From Candidatus Xenobia bacterium (GTDB taxonomy: Bacteria; Vulcanimicrobiota; Xenobia; Xenobiales; QWHO01): a stretch of DNA of 29,958 bases. The stretch covers positions 1 through 29,958 of the forward strand of contig BTUM01000091.1 of NCBI GenBank assembly GCA_045863235.1, in the 5' to 3' direction. The position numbers and the translations under genes are program-made. The notes beneath the pieces were generated by a model that saw only the letters and a program-made list of their open reading frames with translations, searched no databases and was not told the origin of the DNA. Positions 1 through 8,366 of this stretch are shown piece by piece. Every line of letters begins with the position of its first letter. Position 1 is the stretch's first letter.

Positions 1-242
1 AATCGCCCAAGCCTGTGGCGCAGGACGCCCCCAAGCCTCAGGAATCGCCCAAGCCCGTGGCGCAGGACGCCCCCAAGCCTCAGGAATCGCCCAAGCCTGT
101 AGCGCAGGACGCCCCCAAGCCTCAGGAATCGCCCAAGCCTGTAGCGCAGGACGCCCCCAAGCCTCAGGAATCGCCCAAGCCCGCTGCTCAGGACGCCCCC
201 AAGCCTCAGGAGGCTCCTAAGCCGGCGGCGCAGGACGCTCCC
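1..242 (+). repeat. Coding 42-bp tandem repeat (AQDAPKPQESPKPV), about 5.5 copies visible, probably continuing upstream
   Basis: Units start at 18, 60, 102, 144, 186 and 228 (partial), with a partial unit at 1-17. The later units degenerate. Confidence 0.95.
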
Positions 243-3239
243 GCTCCGCCCCGTCCGGGAATGCTCAAGCCTGACCCCAAACCCGCCGCCGAGAAGCCGC
301 TGGATGCCCCCAAGCCTCCCCCTCTGCCGGCGCTGGACGCTCCCAAGCCGCCTCCACTGCCTTCCCTGGAGCTGCCCAAGCCCGCCGCCGAGAAGCCTCC
401 ACTGGACGCGCCCAAGCCGCCGCCGCTGCCCGTCAGCTTGAAGCCGGCTCAGGAGCAGCTGGATGCGCCCAAGCCACCGCCCCTGCCGGACCTGGACGCG
501 CCCAAGCCCGTTCCGACAGGGGAGAAGCCCATGGAGCCGCCCAGGTCGCTCCCGCTGCCAGACCTGTCGAAGACCCCTCCGCCTCTGGATGCTCCCAGGC
601 CGGGGCCTGTGGCTCTGGATGCTCCCGAGCCGCCTCCTCTGCCCTCCCTCGGCGAGCTTCCCAAGGAGACTGCGGTGAAGCCCGCCCCTCCCGAGCCCCC
701 GAGGGTGGCCAGGAAAACCGAGGAGACGAAGCCCGAGGCGCCCAAAGCGCAGGCCGAGCCGGAGCCGGAGGGTCCGGCTGCCCCGCTGGGGCTGCCCGGA
801 CAGCCTCGCAGCGGTCCAATCGAGGCCGGTCGGCCGGCTGCTCCTCAGGAAGTCGCCCGCCAGGCCCAACAGGAGAAGGAGGTCGTGCAGCGCCAGGTGG
901 ACGAGAAGGTCGCGCCCGGACCGGCTGAGCCCCAGCGTGCCGCCACCTCAGCGGCGGCCGCTTCCATCGCGGCGCCTCTGACCTCCGAGCCGAAGTCGCG
1001 GCGTGACGATCCTCTGAGCATCGCTGCTACCCGCGAGGGCGAGGAGGGACCGCGAACGGGCAGTACAGGCCCGGTGCGGGCCCGGCCAGCCGGGGGAGGA
1101 GCCGGTCAGGAGCTGGCTCCCATCCGCAACGTGGCTGCGGCCCTGACGGGCTCGGTGGGCAAGCTGCACGAGGATGCCCCCGAGCGTCAGCGTGGCCAGG
1201 GAGGCCAGGGTCAGGGTGGACAGGGCGGCGGCGAGAGCGGCGGCGGCCAGGGTGGGCAGGGTGGCCAGGGGGGACAGCAGCAGCAACAGGGCGAGCGGCG
1301 GCAGCCCGAGCTCTTGCGGCCGCAACGCTACGTCGGCTCGGGTCGGGTGAACAGTGCCCCGGCAGAGCCTGGCTATGCGGCTCGCAATCTCGACCGCCAT
1401 CGCCTTCCCGTCGAGGACTTGCCCGAGGGCGAAACGCCGCCGGTTCCCGAGTTGCTACGGCCTCGGACGACGGCCGCCCCGGCCCCGGAAGCCCCGGCTC
1501 CCTTGCCCCCTCCTCGGCCTAAGCCGACCGAGACCCAGCCGCTCGAGCCGCCCGCTCCGCGCAGCGGCTTTATGAGCGCCAGCCAGGGCCCGGCCGCCCA
1601 CCTCATGCACGTGGGGCTTCCCGGGGAAGGGCGTGAGGTCAGCACGGTGGCCTTTGGCGAGCGTCACATCACCGACCTGTCCACGCGGGTGAGCGGCCAG
1701 CCTCCCCGCGGAACCTCCACGGGAGGGCGTCCGGTCACCTCCCACGTGCCAGTCTACAATCCGGTGTTGGATCACATGCACAGCCTGAAGGGCAGTTCCG
1801 CCAAGGCAGCCGTGGAGGAGATCGCGCCCATCAAGATGGCCCTCAGCGGCTCGGTGGGCACGTTGGACAGCACCACCGCCACCGGCTGGGCCTCGCGCGC
1901 TTTCGCGCCGCCCGAGCAGCCCCCGGAAGGAGAGAAGCGGGCTTTGCCCCAGAGTCGTTCCGAGAAAGCCTTCCTGCTCAGCATGCAGGACCCGTCCGGC
2001 GAGCAGCATCCGAAGAGTCACGCTGATTCGCTCCACGAGATGGGCGAGCGGAGCCACCTGGCGGGCACCATGTCGGCCCTGGTGCAGCCCGCCCTGCCGC
2101 GTCCAGAGCCGCTGCGTCCGAGCCAGACCCAGAGCCACGACAGCTCAGGACAGGCCCGCAGCGATCTGAGCGCCCAGCAGGTGATCAGCGAGGACAACCG
2201 CGAGCAGGGCGGCGGCGGGGGCGGTAGCCAGGGCGGCCAGCAGGGCCAGGGTCAGGGACGCGGCCAGAGCCAGGCCCCGCCCGCCAACAACGCGCCCGGG
2301 GGACTGACCGCCACCCAGCGGGCCAACCTGGCTGCGCTGCGCACCTCCACCGAGAACGAGATCTTCCGCATCAGCCTCAACCGCGCCACCGGACAGGCGG
2401 GACCGCCCACCCAGGCCCTCAACGAGCTGGCCTCACGGCACGCTACCCACTCCATCGAGGCCATCCTGAAGAAGGCCTACCGCGAGCAAGAGATGGGCGA
2501 TCTGGATGAGGAGACGGCCGTCAACAGCCTGGGCCTGGTGCTCAAGATGGGAGGCGAGTTCACTTACGCCCACTCGGCCCGGGTGCTGGAATACTCCATG
2601 GAGCTTGCCGACGAGCTGGGGGTCACCGACCAGGAGACCCGCAAGCAGATCAAGTATGGGGCGATGCTCAAGGACATCGGCGAGATGGGCGTGCTGCTCG
2701 GCAAAGAGTCGGACCAAAAGCTCGAGAAGATGGGCGACTTCCTGGGCGGGCAGGACATGATCCGGGCCGGCCTCCTGCACGACATCGGCAAGGTGCGCAT
2801 TCCGCCCGAGATCCTCTACAAGCCGGGGCGGCTGACCGAGGAAGAGTACAACATCATGAAGATGCACCCCATCTACGGCGAGCAGATCCTCTATCCCATC
2901 GCTTCGCTGCGCCACCTCTGCCCGGCCGTGCGCGGCCACCACGAGCGCTGGGACGGCAAGGGCTATCCCGATGGCCTGAAGGAGGAAGAGATTCCGTATC
3001 CGGCCCGCATCATCGCCGTGGCCGACGTGTTCGACGCCCTGGCCGCCGCCCGTCCTTACAAGCCGGGGATGGAGATCGAGAAGGTGCGCGGCATCCTGCT
3101 CGAGGGGCGGGGCACCCACTTTGACCCCGAGCTGCTCGACGGCTTCCTGCGAGTGCTCGATCGGCGCTATCCGGAGCTGGCTCGCAAGCGGGCCAGGCGA
3201 GCTCGGGAAGAAGGCAACGAATCGGTAACCCGGAGCTGA
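3..3239 (+). CDS. Large Pro-rich low-complexity/repeat protein with C-terminal HD-GYP (cyclic dinucleotide phosphodiesterase) domain; 5' end lies outside the window
   Basis: Frame is open to the window edge, and the GTG at 15 lies inside a repeat. C-terminus has HSARV, LLHDIGK, MKMHP, HHERWDGKGYPDGL, ADVFDAL, RPYK and GTHFDP, the canonical HD-GYP motifs. Confidence 0.9.
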   Translation, partial: SPKPVAQDAPKPQESPKPVAQDAPKPQESPKPVAQDAPKPQESPKPVAQDAPKPQESPKPAAQDAPKPQEAPKPAAQDAPAPPRPGMLKPDPKPAAEKPLDAPKPPPLPALDAPKPPPLPSLELPKPAAEKPPLDAPKPPPLPVSLKPAQEQLDAPKPPPLPDLDAPKPVPTGEKPMEPPRSLPLPDLSKTPPPLDAPRPGPVALDAPEPPPLPSLGELPKETAVKPAPPEPPRVARKTEETKPEAPKAQAEPEPEGPAAPLGLPGQPRSGPIEAGRPAAPQEVARQAQQEKEVVQRQVDEKVAPGPAEPQRAATSAAAASIAAPLTSEPKSRRDDPLSIAATREGEEGPRTGSTGPVRARPAGGGAGQELAPIRNVAAALTGSVGKLHEDAPERQRGQGGQGQGGQGGGESGGGQGGQGGQGGQQQQQGERRQPELLRPQRYVGSGRVNSAPAEPGYAARNLDRHRLPVEDLPEGETPPVPELLRPRTTAAPAPEAPAPLPPPRPKPTETQPLEPPAPRSGFMSASQGPAAHLMHVGLPGEGREVSTVAFGERHITDLSTRVSGQPPRGTSTGGRPVTSHVPVYNPVLDHMHSLKGSSAKAAVEEIAPIKMALSGSVGTLDSTTATGWASRAFAPPEQPPEGEKRALPQSRSEKAFLLSMQDPSGEQHPKSHADSLHEMGERSHLAGTMSALVQPALPRPEPLRPSQTQSHDSSGQARSDLSAQQVISEDNREQGGGGGGSQGGQQGQGQGRGQSQAPPANNAPGGLTATQRANLAALRTSTENEIFRISLNRATGQAGPPTQALNELASRHATHSIEAILKKAYREQEMGDLDEETAVNSLGLVLKMGGEFTYAHSARVLEYSMELADELGVTDQETRKQIKYGAMLKDIGEMGVLLGKESDQKLEKMGDFLGGQDMIRAGLLHDIGKVRIPPEILYKPGRLTEEEYNIMKMHPIYGEQILYPIASLRHLCPAVRGHHERWDGKGYPDGLKEEEIPYPARIIAVADVFDALAAARPYKPGMEIEKVRGILLEGRGTHFDPELLDGFLRVLDRRYPELARKRARRAREEGNESVTRS

Positions 3240-3255
3240 AAAAAATCTGAAATAC

Positions 3256-3308
3256 TGGTCACCAGCAAAGCCAAGCGACCGTGTCCACCACGGTCAGGAA
3301 GGTGACCA
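3256..3308 (+). promoter_or_regulatory. Nested inverted repeats overlapping the RBS of the PLD gene
   Basis: TGGTCACC (3256-3263) pairs with GGTGACCA (3301-3308). Inner GACCGTG (3277-3283) pairs with CACGGTC (3289-3295). The SD-like AGGAAGGTGA lies at 3296-3305. Confidence 0.4.
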
Positions 3309-3312
3309 TACC

Positions 3313-4527
3313 ATGATTTCCGCCCTGGCCACTTCCCCCGCGACCATGCCGCTCGCCGCCGCACGGCGCAAAGCCGCCCCCGAGAAGGCTCCGTCCGAGA
3401 GCTTCCAGCCCGAGGCGCCGGACGACAAGCTCAAGTGGTTCACCAAAGGCAACAAGGTCACCCCGCTCTATGACGCCAAGGTGACCCCCAAGAACAAGGA
3501 AGACGAGATCTTCCGCCAGGTGAAACTGGGCATCGACGCGGCCCGCAGCTCGATCCAGTTGGAGATGTTCGGCTTTGGGCAGATGGACATCGCCAAAGCG
3601 CTGGTGGCGGCTCAGAACGAGCGGGACGTCAAGGTTCAGGTGGTGCTCGACCCGGTCAACGAAGAGCTCGATTGGGAGCAGGAAAAGCAAGAGTGCGCCG
3701 ACTACCTCATCGAGAACGGCGTGGACGTGAAGTGGTATCCCGTCAAGAAAGGCGGCGAGGGCGAGAACAAGTTCGACCAGATCAACCACGTCAAAATGCT
3801 CATCCTGGATGGCGACAAGGCCATCATCGGCGGCATGAATTGGGGCAGCCACTCGCCTCTCAACCACGACGTGGACGTGATGGTGGAGGGCCCGGCGGTG
3901 GACCGCATGGAAGCTCTCTTCGGCAAGGACTACCTCAAGAGCGGCGGTAAGAAGAAGGACCTGATCCCCATCGAGAAGACCCCCGAACACCCCGAGGGCG
4001 AGTCCTACGTAAGCCTCTGCACCACTTCCGATGACCCCAAGGACCGCAGCATCAAGGCTGCCCTGCACCGGGCCATCCGCGACGCCGAGAAGAGCATCCA
4101 GGTAGAGCTCTTCGTGCTGAGCGACTGGAGCATCACCAAAGCCCTCTGCGAGGCGGCAGAGCGGGACGTCAAGGTGCAGGTGCTGCTCAACCCGTTCGAG
4201 ATCGAGGGCAAGAAGCTCAACGAGATCGCCGCTGAGAAACTTGAGAAGGCCGGGGTCGAGGTCAAGTGGTATCCCACCGACGAGCGCACCGGACGCAAGC
4301 TGCACGCCAAGCTCGGCATCTTCGACGGCAAGGAGGTCATTTTGGGCAGCGCCAACTGGTCGGGCGCCGGCATGACCTATAACCGCGAGGCCAACGTGGA
4401 CGTCATCGATCCCAAGGTGGCCAAAGCTTTTGGCACGATGTTCAAGGACGACTGGAAGATCGGGCTGGCCGAGCCGGTCTACCCGCCAGCCAGGGAGAAA
4501 TCAGGCGTGAAGGGGCGCGTGGCCTGA
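3313..4527 (+). CDS. Phospholipase D superfamily protein (two HKD motifs; cardiolipin synthase/nuclease-like)
   Basis: HVKMLILD...GGMNW and HAKLGIFD...GSANW. SD-like AGGAAGGTGA precedes the ATG. Confidence 0.9.
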   Translation: MISALATSPATMPLAAARRKAAPEKAPSESFQPEAPDDKLKWFTKGNKVTPLYDAKVTPKNKEDEIFRQVKLGIDAARSSIQLEMFGFGQMDIAKALVAAQNERDVKVQVVLDPVNEELDWEQEKQECADYLIENGVDVKWYPVKKGGEGENKFDQINHVKMLILDGDKAIIGGMNWGSHSPLNHDVDVMVEGPAVDRMEALFGKDYLKSGGKKKDLIPIEKTPEHPEGESYVSLCTTSDDPKDRSIKAALHRAIRDAEKSIQVELFVLSDWSITKALCEAAERDVKVQVLLNPFEIEGKKLNEIAAEKLEKAGVEVKWYPTDERTGRKLHAKLGIFDGKEVILGSANWSGAGMTYNREANVDVIDPKVAKAFGTMFKDDWKIGLAEPVYPPAREKSGVKGRVA

Positions 4528-4553
4528 GCAGGGTTCCCACCCCCTTCTGGGAA

Positions 4554-4568
4554 TAGTCTGTCCTCGTG
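4554..4568 (+). promoter_or_regulatory. Possible -10 box of a leaderless transcript for the GGDEF gene
   Basis: TAGTCT at 4554-4559, 6 nt before the GTG at 4566. No SD and no clear -35. Confidence 0.35.
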
Positions 4569-5849
4569 AAGACTCACCGTCCCCGGTTGGCTCCGCCTTC
4601 CCTGAAGGAGCACCCGGGCCGCATCCTGGTCGCCTCTCCGGAGCTGGGCCGCGTGGCCGAGCTCATGCGCGAGCATGGCTTCGAGGTCGAGCTGGCCAGT
4701 CCCGAGGAGGCCGCGACGCGGGCTCAGAACTGCCTGCCTGCCAGCATCGTGCTGGCCTGGGACGGTAACCTGGCTCTGTGCCGCAGCCTGCGGGGCGATG
4801 AGCAGTTGGGCTCGATCCCCGTCCTGTTCTGGGCCTCTCAACCGCTCGCGGAAGAGGATCTGATCGCCGCCTTCGAGGCCGGGGCCCTGGACGTGGTGGG
4901 GCCGCAAAGCTCGCCGGCCGTGCTGGCGGCTCGCCTCAGCTCACTCGTGGGGCTGTGCCGCAGCCACCGGCGCACTCACGAACGATTGATCCGCGACGAG
5001 CTGACCGGAGTCTTCTCGCGCCGCTACCTGTTCGAGTCGCTGCGCCAGCATGTCAGCCGCTTCTCGCGGCCCGGCCCGCGCGCCCTGGCCTGTCTGATGG
5101 TGGAGGTGGACCACTTCGATCGTCTCAACGAGCGCCTGGGCAGCCGCGAGGGTGATCGCATCCTGCGGACGGTGGCCCAGCAGATCGTCGGCGTCACCCG
5201 CAAGGGCGACCTGGTCGCCCGATTCGGGGGCGAGGAGTTCGTGATCATCTTGCCCTCCACGGATGGAAACGGGGCCGTCAAAGTGGCCGAGAAGCTGCGC
5301 GCGGCCGTGGCCGAGCAGCGGGTGGGCAACCAGAAGGTGACCGTCAGCGTGGGCGCCTCGTGGTACGAGTACCCCACCGGCACCGACTGGAGCTCCGAGC
5401 TCGAGAACGACGCCGTCATCAGCATGCTGCTTTCCCGGGCCGAGGACTCGCTGCACAAGGCGCGCAGCGCCGGCACCAACCGGGTTTGCCTGCACGTGGA
5501 GTACCTCGACAAGGAGCGCCGCCGGCATCCCCGTCTGGGGCTCAGCCTGCCCACCGACATCGTCTCCCCTTCGGGCAAGAAGATCCGTCGCAACGCCGAG
5601 ATCTCGCTGGGGGGGATGTCCTTTGCCAGCGACAAGGGCAGCGAGCTGAAGGTGGGGGATCGGGTGGACGTGGTGCTGCACCTGGATCCCCCCCTCAACC
5701 TGTCGGGCCAGATCGTGTGGGCCAGGGTGGGCGTGCGTTGCGGGCTGGCCTTTGGCGAGGTGGGCGACAGCGAGCACAACCGGCTGTGCGACTTTCTGGG
5801 CCATCGCACCAAGGTCAGCCAGCGCAAGGGGCGCTCCGTCCGGCCCTGA
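4566..5849 (+). CDS. Diguanylate cyclase-type protein: degenerate REC-like N-terminus, GGDEF domain (GGEEF), C-terminal PilZ
   Basis: DELTGVFSRR, RKGD I-site, RFGGEEF and TVSVG. PilZ signature ERRRHPR...EISLGG. Confidence 0.88.
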   Translation: MKTHRPRLAPPSLKEHPGRILVASPELGRVAELMREHGFEVELASPEEAATRAQNCLPASIVLAWDGNLALCRSLRGDEQLGSIPVLFWASQPLAEEDLIAAFEAGALDVVGPQSSPAVLAARLSSLVGLCRSHRRTHERLIRDELTGVFSRRYLFESLRQHVSRFSRPGPRALACLMVEVDHFDRLNERLGSREGDRILRTVAQQIVGVTRKGDLVARFGGEEFVIILPSTDGNGAVKVAEKLRAAVAEQRVGNQKVTVSVGASWYEYPTGTDWSSELENDAVISMLLSRAEDSLHKARSAGTNRVCLHVEYLDKERRRHPRLGLSLPTDIVSPSGKKIRRNAEISLGGMSFASDKGSELKVGDRVDVVLHLDPPLNLSGQIVWARVGVRCGLAFGEVGDSEHNRLCDFLGHRTKVSQRKGRSVRP

Positions 5850-6017
5850 GCCACCGCTCGATGGACATCGCACTCGTCTCGGGGATATCGTGCCCGCCTC
5901 GGCGACGAGGTCCTTGATTCGCGCCAGGTGGAGCTCGACCGACGACCAGATCCGAACTTCCCACCACGCTTCCCGCATTGTCTGGCACTCCCCTGGCGGC
6001 GGTGCTGAGCTGCCCCC

Positions 6018-6205
6018 CCCGATCAACCAGGTCGGCCTCGCGGGCAACCAGGCTGGCGGCCCTGGTGCCATTGCCTGCTTGATGGTGGAGGTGGACCACT
6101 TTGACCGCCTCAACGAGCGTCTGGGGCCAACAGATCATTGCGGTCACCCGCCCCGTTTCGGGGGCGAGGAGTTCGTGATCATCTTGTCCTCCACCGACGG
6201 CAACG
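6018..6205 (+). pseudogene. Mosaic scar: iolD fragment joined to a deleted GGDEF gene fragment
   Basis: 6018-6069 matches 12781-12831 (iolD). 6073-6125, 6126-6151 and 6154-6205 match 5088-5140, ~5175-5201 and 5220-5271 of the GGDEF gene. Confidence 0.9.
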
Positions 6206-6266
6206 CTCCTTCTCCCAACTGGCATTGCGGCCAGGACAGAGTCGCAGCGGCCGGACTATTCTTGAC

Positions 6267-6305
6267 TTGACGAACTAAACTAGACAAACTAACATATTTG
6301 GCATG
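6267..6305 (+). promoter_or_regulatory. Sigma70-type promoter, likely leaderless, for TA operon 1
   Basis: TTGACG (6267-6272), 17 nt, TAACAT (6290-6295), 7 nt, ATG 6303. No SD. Confidence 0.6.
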
Positions 6306-6533
6306 GAAACTGTCAATGTTCATGAGGCCAAGACCCATCTTTCCGCCATGCTCGCAGAGGTCGAGAGCCAGGGCAAGTCGTTCGTGCTTTGCCGACACGG
6401 AAAGCCCGTGGCGGTGCTCGTGCCCTATCGAAAGAAAACCCGCCTCGAACCCCACCCGGTCATGAGTAGGATTGAGTTGCGCTATGATCCAACCGAGCCT
6501 TTGACGGAGGACGAGTGGCCGGCGGCGCTGTAA
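6303..6533 (+). CDS. Phd/YefM family type II antitoxin
   Basis: N-terminal VNVHEAKTHLS...RHGKPVAVLVP; overlaps the downstream PIN toxin gene. Confidence 0.92.
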   Translation: METVNVHEAKTHLSAMLAEVESQGKSFVLCRHGKPVAVLVPYRKKTRLEPHPVMSRIELRYDPTEPLTEDEWPAAL

Positions 6534-6907
6534 TTCTTGATACCTGCGCATTGCTGTGGCTCGCCACTTCCGACAGGATGCTATCGGAAGTGGCGCGAGC
6601 GAGAATTGATGCAGCGCCAGTCGTGCATGTTTCAGCCATCTCGGGCTTTGAGATCGGAATGAAGCACCGGGAAGGCAAGCTCAGTCTTCCCGCCACTCCA
6701 AGCGAATGGTTCGAGGCGATTCTCGAGCATCACGGTCTCGAGGTCCTGGCGCTCGACCTGCCGGTCTGTATATTGTCGACACAACTTCCGCTCGTTCATC
6801 GTGATCCCTGTGACCGCCTCATCATTGCAACCGCGCTGGCACGAAGACTCCCCGTCGTGACTGGCGACGTCGTTTTCCAGCAATATGACGTGGAAGTGAT
6901 TCGCTGA
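6515..6907 (+). CDS. vapC: PIN-domain VapC family toxin
   Basis: ILDTCALLW, SAISGFEI, HRDPCDRLIIATA and VTGD. Start is uncertain (GTG 6515 with GGAGG 4 nt upstream). Confidence 0.9.
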   Translation: MAGGAVILDTCALLWLATSDRMLSEVARARIDAAPVVHVSAISGFEIGMKHREGKLSLPATPSEWFEAILEHHGLEVLALDLPVCILSTQLPLVHRDPCDRLIIATALARRLPVVTGDVVFQQYDVEVIR

Positions 6908-6920
6908 AGCAACCGACTTG

Positions 6921-7768
6921 TCAGCCCGTCACGCAGTTTGCCAGGCGCGTCGGGAGCCGGCGGTGGAGTGGGCCCCCGCCCGGGTGGCATCGAACTCGGT
7001 CCACCAGGGCCTGGCGCACCTCAGGCTGCGAGCCCCCATGGGCGCAGATCTCCGCCGTATACCGACCGCCAGGCCTCCACCGATCGCCGTACCGAGGCGA
7101 GCTCGGCGCCCGGCTCACTCATCAGCCGCTCGAAACGCTGCAGCGAACGCTTCAGCAGCTCAGGGTCGCGGGAATCGAACTTGAGCCAGCTCCGCCCCTG
7201 CTTGCCCAGGGTGGAGTGCTTGCTGGCGATAGAACTGGTATCCCTCTTGCTCGAGCTTTGCGGCCAACGAGTCGCCGGCATAGAATTTCGCCATTTGCTG
7301 GCAGGCCTCAACGTAGCTGAGCTTGACTTTGACCTCGCCGCATCCAGCCTCGACGGGCTGCTGGCCCACGAAGCTGTAAGCTCCGTACAGGCCGATCTCG
7401 CCCTGGGCATTGTAGTAGCGCCAGCCCTGGTCGGCCAGTTGTTGGAGGTCGCGGGCCAGGTCGGGCTTTTGGAGGGTTTCAGCGGGCTGGCCCGCCTTGA
7501 GCACCAGGGCGGCCTGAAGCTCTTCAGCTCCCTTGAGAGGCACCGCCACCATGCCCGGCAGGATCAGTTGGAGCACCTCGCGACCCAGCCGATTGGACAC
7601 CTCCTCGAAGGAGGTGAGCTTCCTGACGCCCAGGCTGACGGGGCCGAGCTTGCGCTGGCCCAGGATCTCAACCCCATCTTCGATCAGCCTCTCGACCGAT
7701 TGCCTGAGCAACGAGGCTGAGGGGCGCGGGCGGATCGGCTCAGAGGGATTGAGCGGGCTCAGCTGCAC
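6921..7768 (-). pseudogene. Hypothetical protein, probably frameshifted remnant
   Basis: The 202-aa ORF 7160-7768 reads as protein-like up to ...KLEQEGYQFY. Protein-like sequence then continues in a second frame (…WLKFDSRDPELLKRSLQRFERL…) and possibly a third (…PEVRQALVDRVR…). No family recognised. Confidence 0.5.
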
Positions 7769-7892
7769 CTGGTAACATTCGCTCGAGGGGCGGTTGTTCC
7801 TCGGCTCCTGGCCGATCCAGCCCGACTGATGCCGGGCTAGCTTCGAGAAGGCCGACTATGACTGCCAGATCTGAAGGGACGCAGGAGCCGGG

Positions 7893-8139
7893 TCACCAGA
7901 GGCGAGACACCCCGTATGGATCAAAGGCCTGATCCACGCTCAAAATGGGAATGTCTTCGAGGGTCGCCTGCGCTACCAACAACCGGTCGAATGGATCGCG
8001 GTGATAGTCCGGTAGAGTCGCTACCTGAGCCGCGTGCGTATGCTCGACGGCATCGCCGATCAAGCTGGATGCCCGGCTCGAGAGCTTCTCCGGCTCGAAC
8101 ATCCACCACAGCAGAGCGTGAGTGTCCCAGCACTCTCAT
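7893..8139 (-). pseudogene. vapC: Inactivated VapC/PIN toxin (frameshift plus large internal deletion)
   Basis: ATG 8139 overlaps the antitoxin stop (ATGA). MRVL is followed by a frameshift into DTHALLWWMFEPEKLS. About 45 aa of the core is missing before HRDPFDRLLVAQA. Confidence 0.85.
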
Positions 8140-8366
8140 CCTTCGAACAAGCGCAAGAGCTCATCCGATAGCGGTGCGTTGAAGTCCTCGGCCACACGGC
8201 CCTGACCCCGGTAAGCTCCTGGTTTTCGCGCGGGACGGGCCTTGTGGACCGGCACCAACCGGGCCAGAGGGCGGCCAGCTTTGGCGATGATGATCTCCTC
8301 GCCGGCCGCGACCCTTTCAAGCAGACGAGACAGGTGGGTCTTGGCTTCGTGGACGTTGACTTGCAC
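8136..8366 (-). CDS. Phd/YefM family type II antitoxin
   Basis: MQVNVHEAKTHLSRLLERVAAGEEIIIAKAGRPLARLVP...EDFNAPL. Confidence 0.93.
   Translation of the reverse strand: MQVNVHEAKTHLSRLLERVAAGEEIIIAKAGRPLARLVPVHKARPARKPGAYRGQGRVAEDFNAPLSDELLRLFEG

Noticed and set aside
1..242. CRISPR or non-coding repeat array
   Set aside because: Contiguous in-frame 42-bp coding repeats with no spacers.
3256..3308. c-di-GMP-I riboswitch
   Set aside because: GCAAAGCC is present, but the GNRA-type P2 hairpin and the rest of the consensus architecture are not.
5895..5980. Minus-strand EAWWEV...SSVELHLAR resembling the IolD C-terminus (ESWWDV...[10 protein letters not shown])
   Set aside because: Position fits the scar model, but DNA identity is limited to about 10 bp; cannot be distinguished from chance without an alignment test.
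6073..6205. Diversity-generating retroelement template/variable repeat pair with 5088-5271
   Set aside because: Mismatches are mostly synonymous C/T changes rather than adenine-specific, and no reverse transcriptase is present in the window.
5752..6270. 172-aa ORF containing GGEEF as a real second cyclase
   Set aside because: It is a read-through of the mosaic scar and lacks most of the GGDEF fold.
7802..7890. MITE-like element bounded by CGGCTCCTG/CAGGAGCCG
   Set aside because: Only a 9-bp inverted repeat, single copy in the window, no clear target-site duplication.
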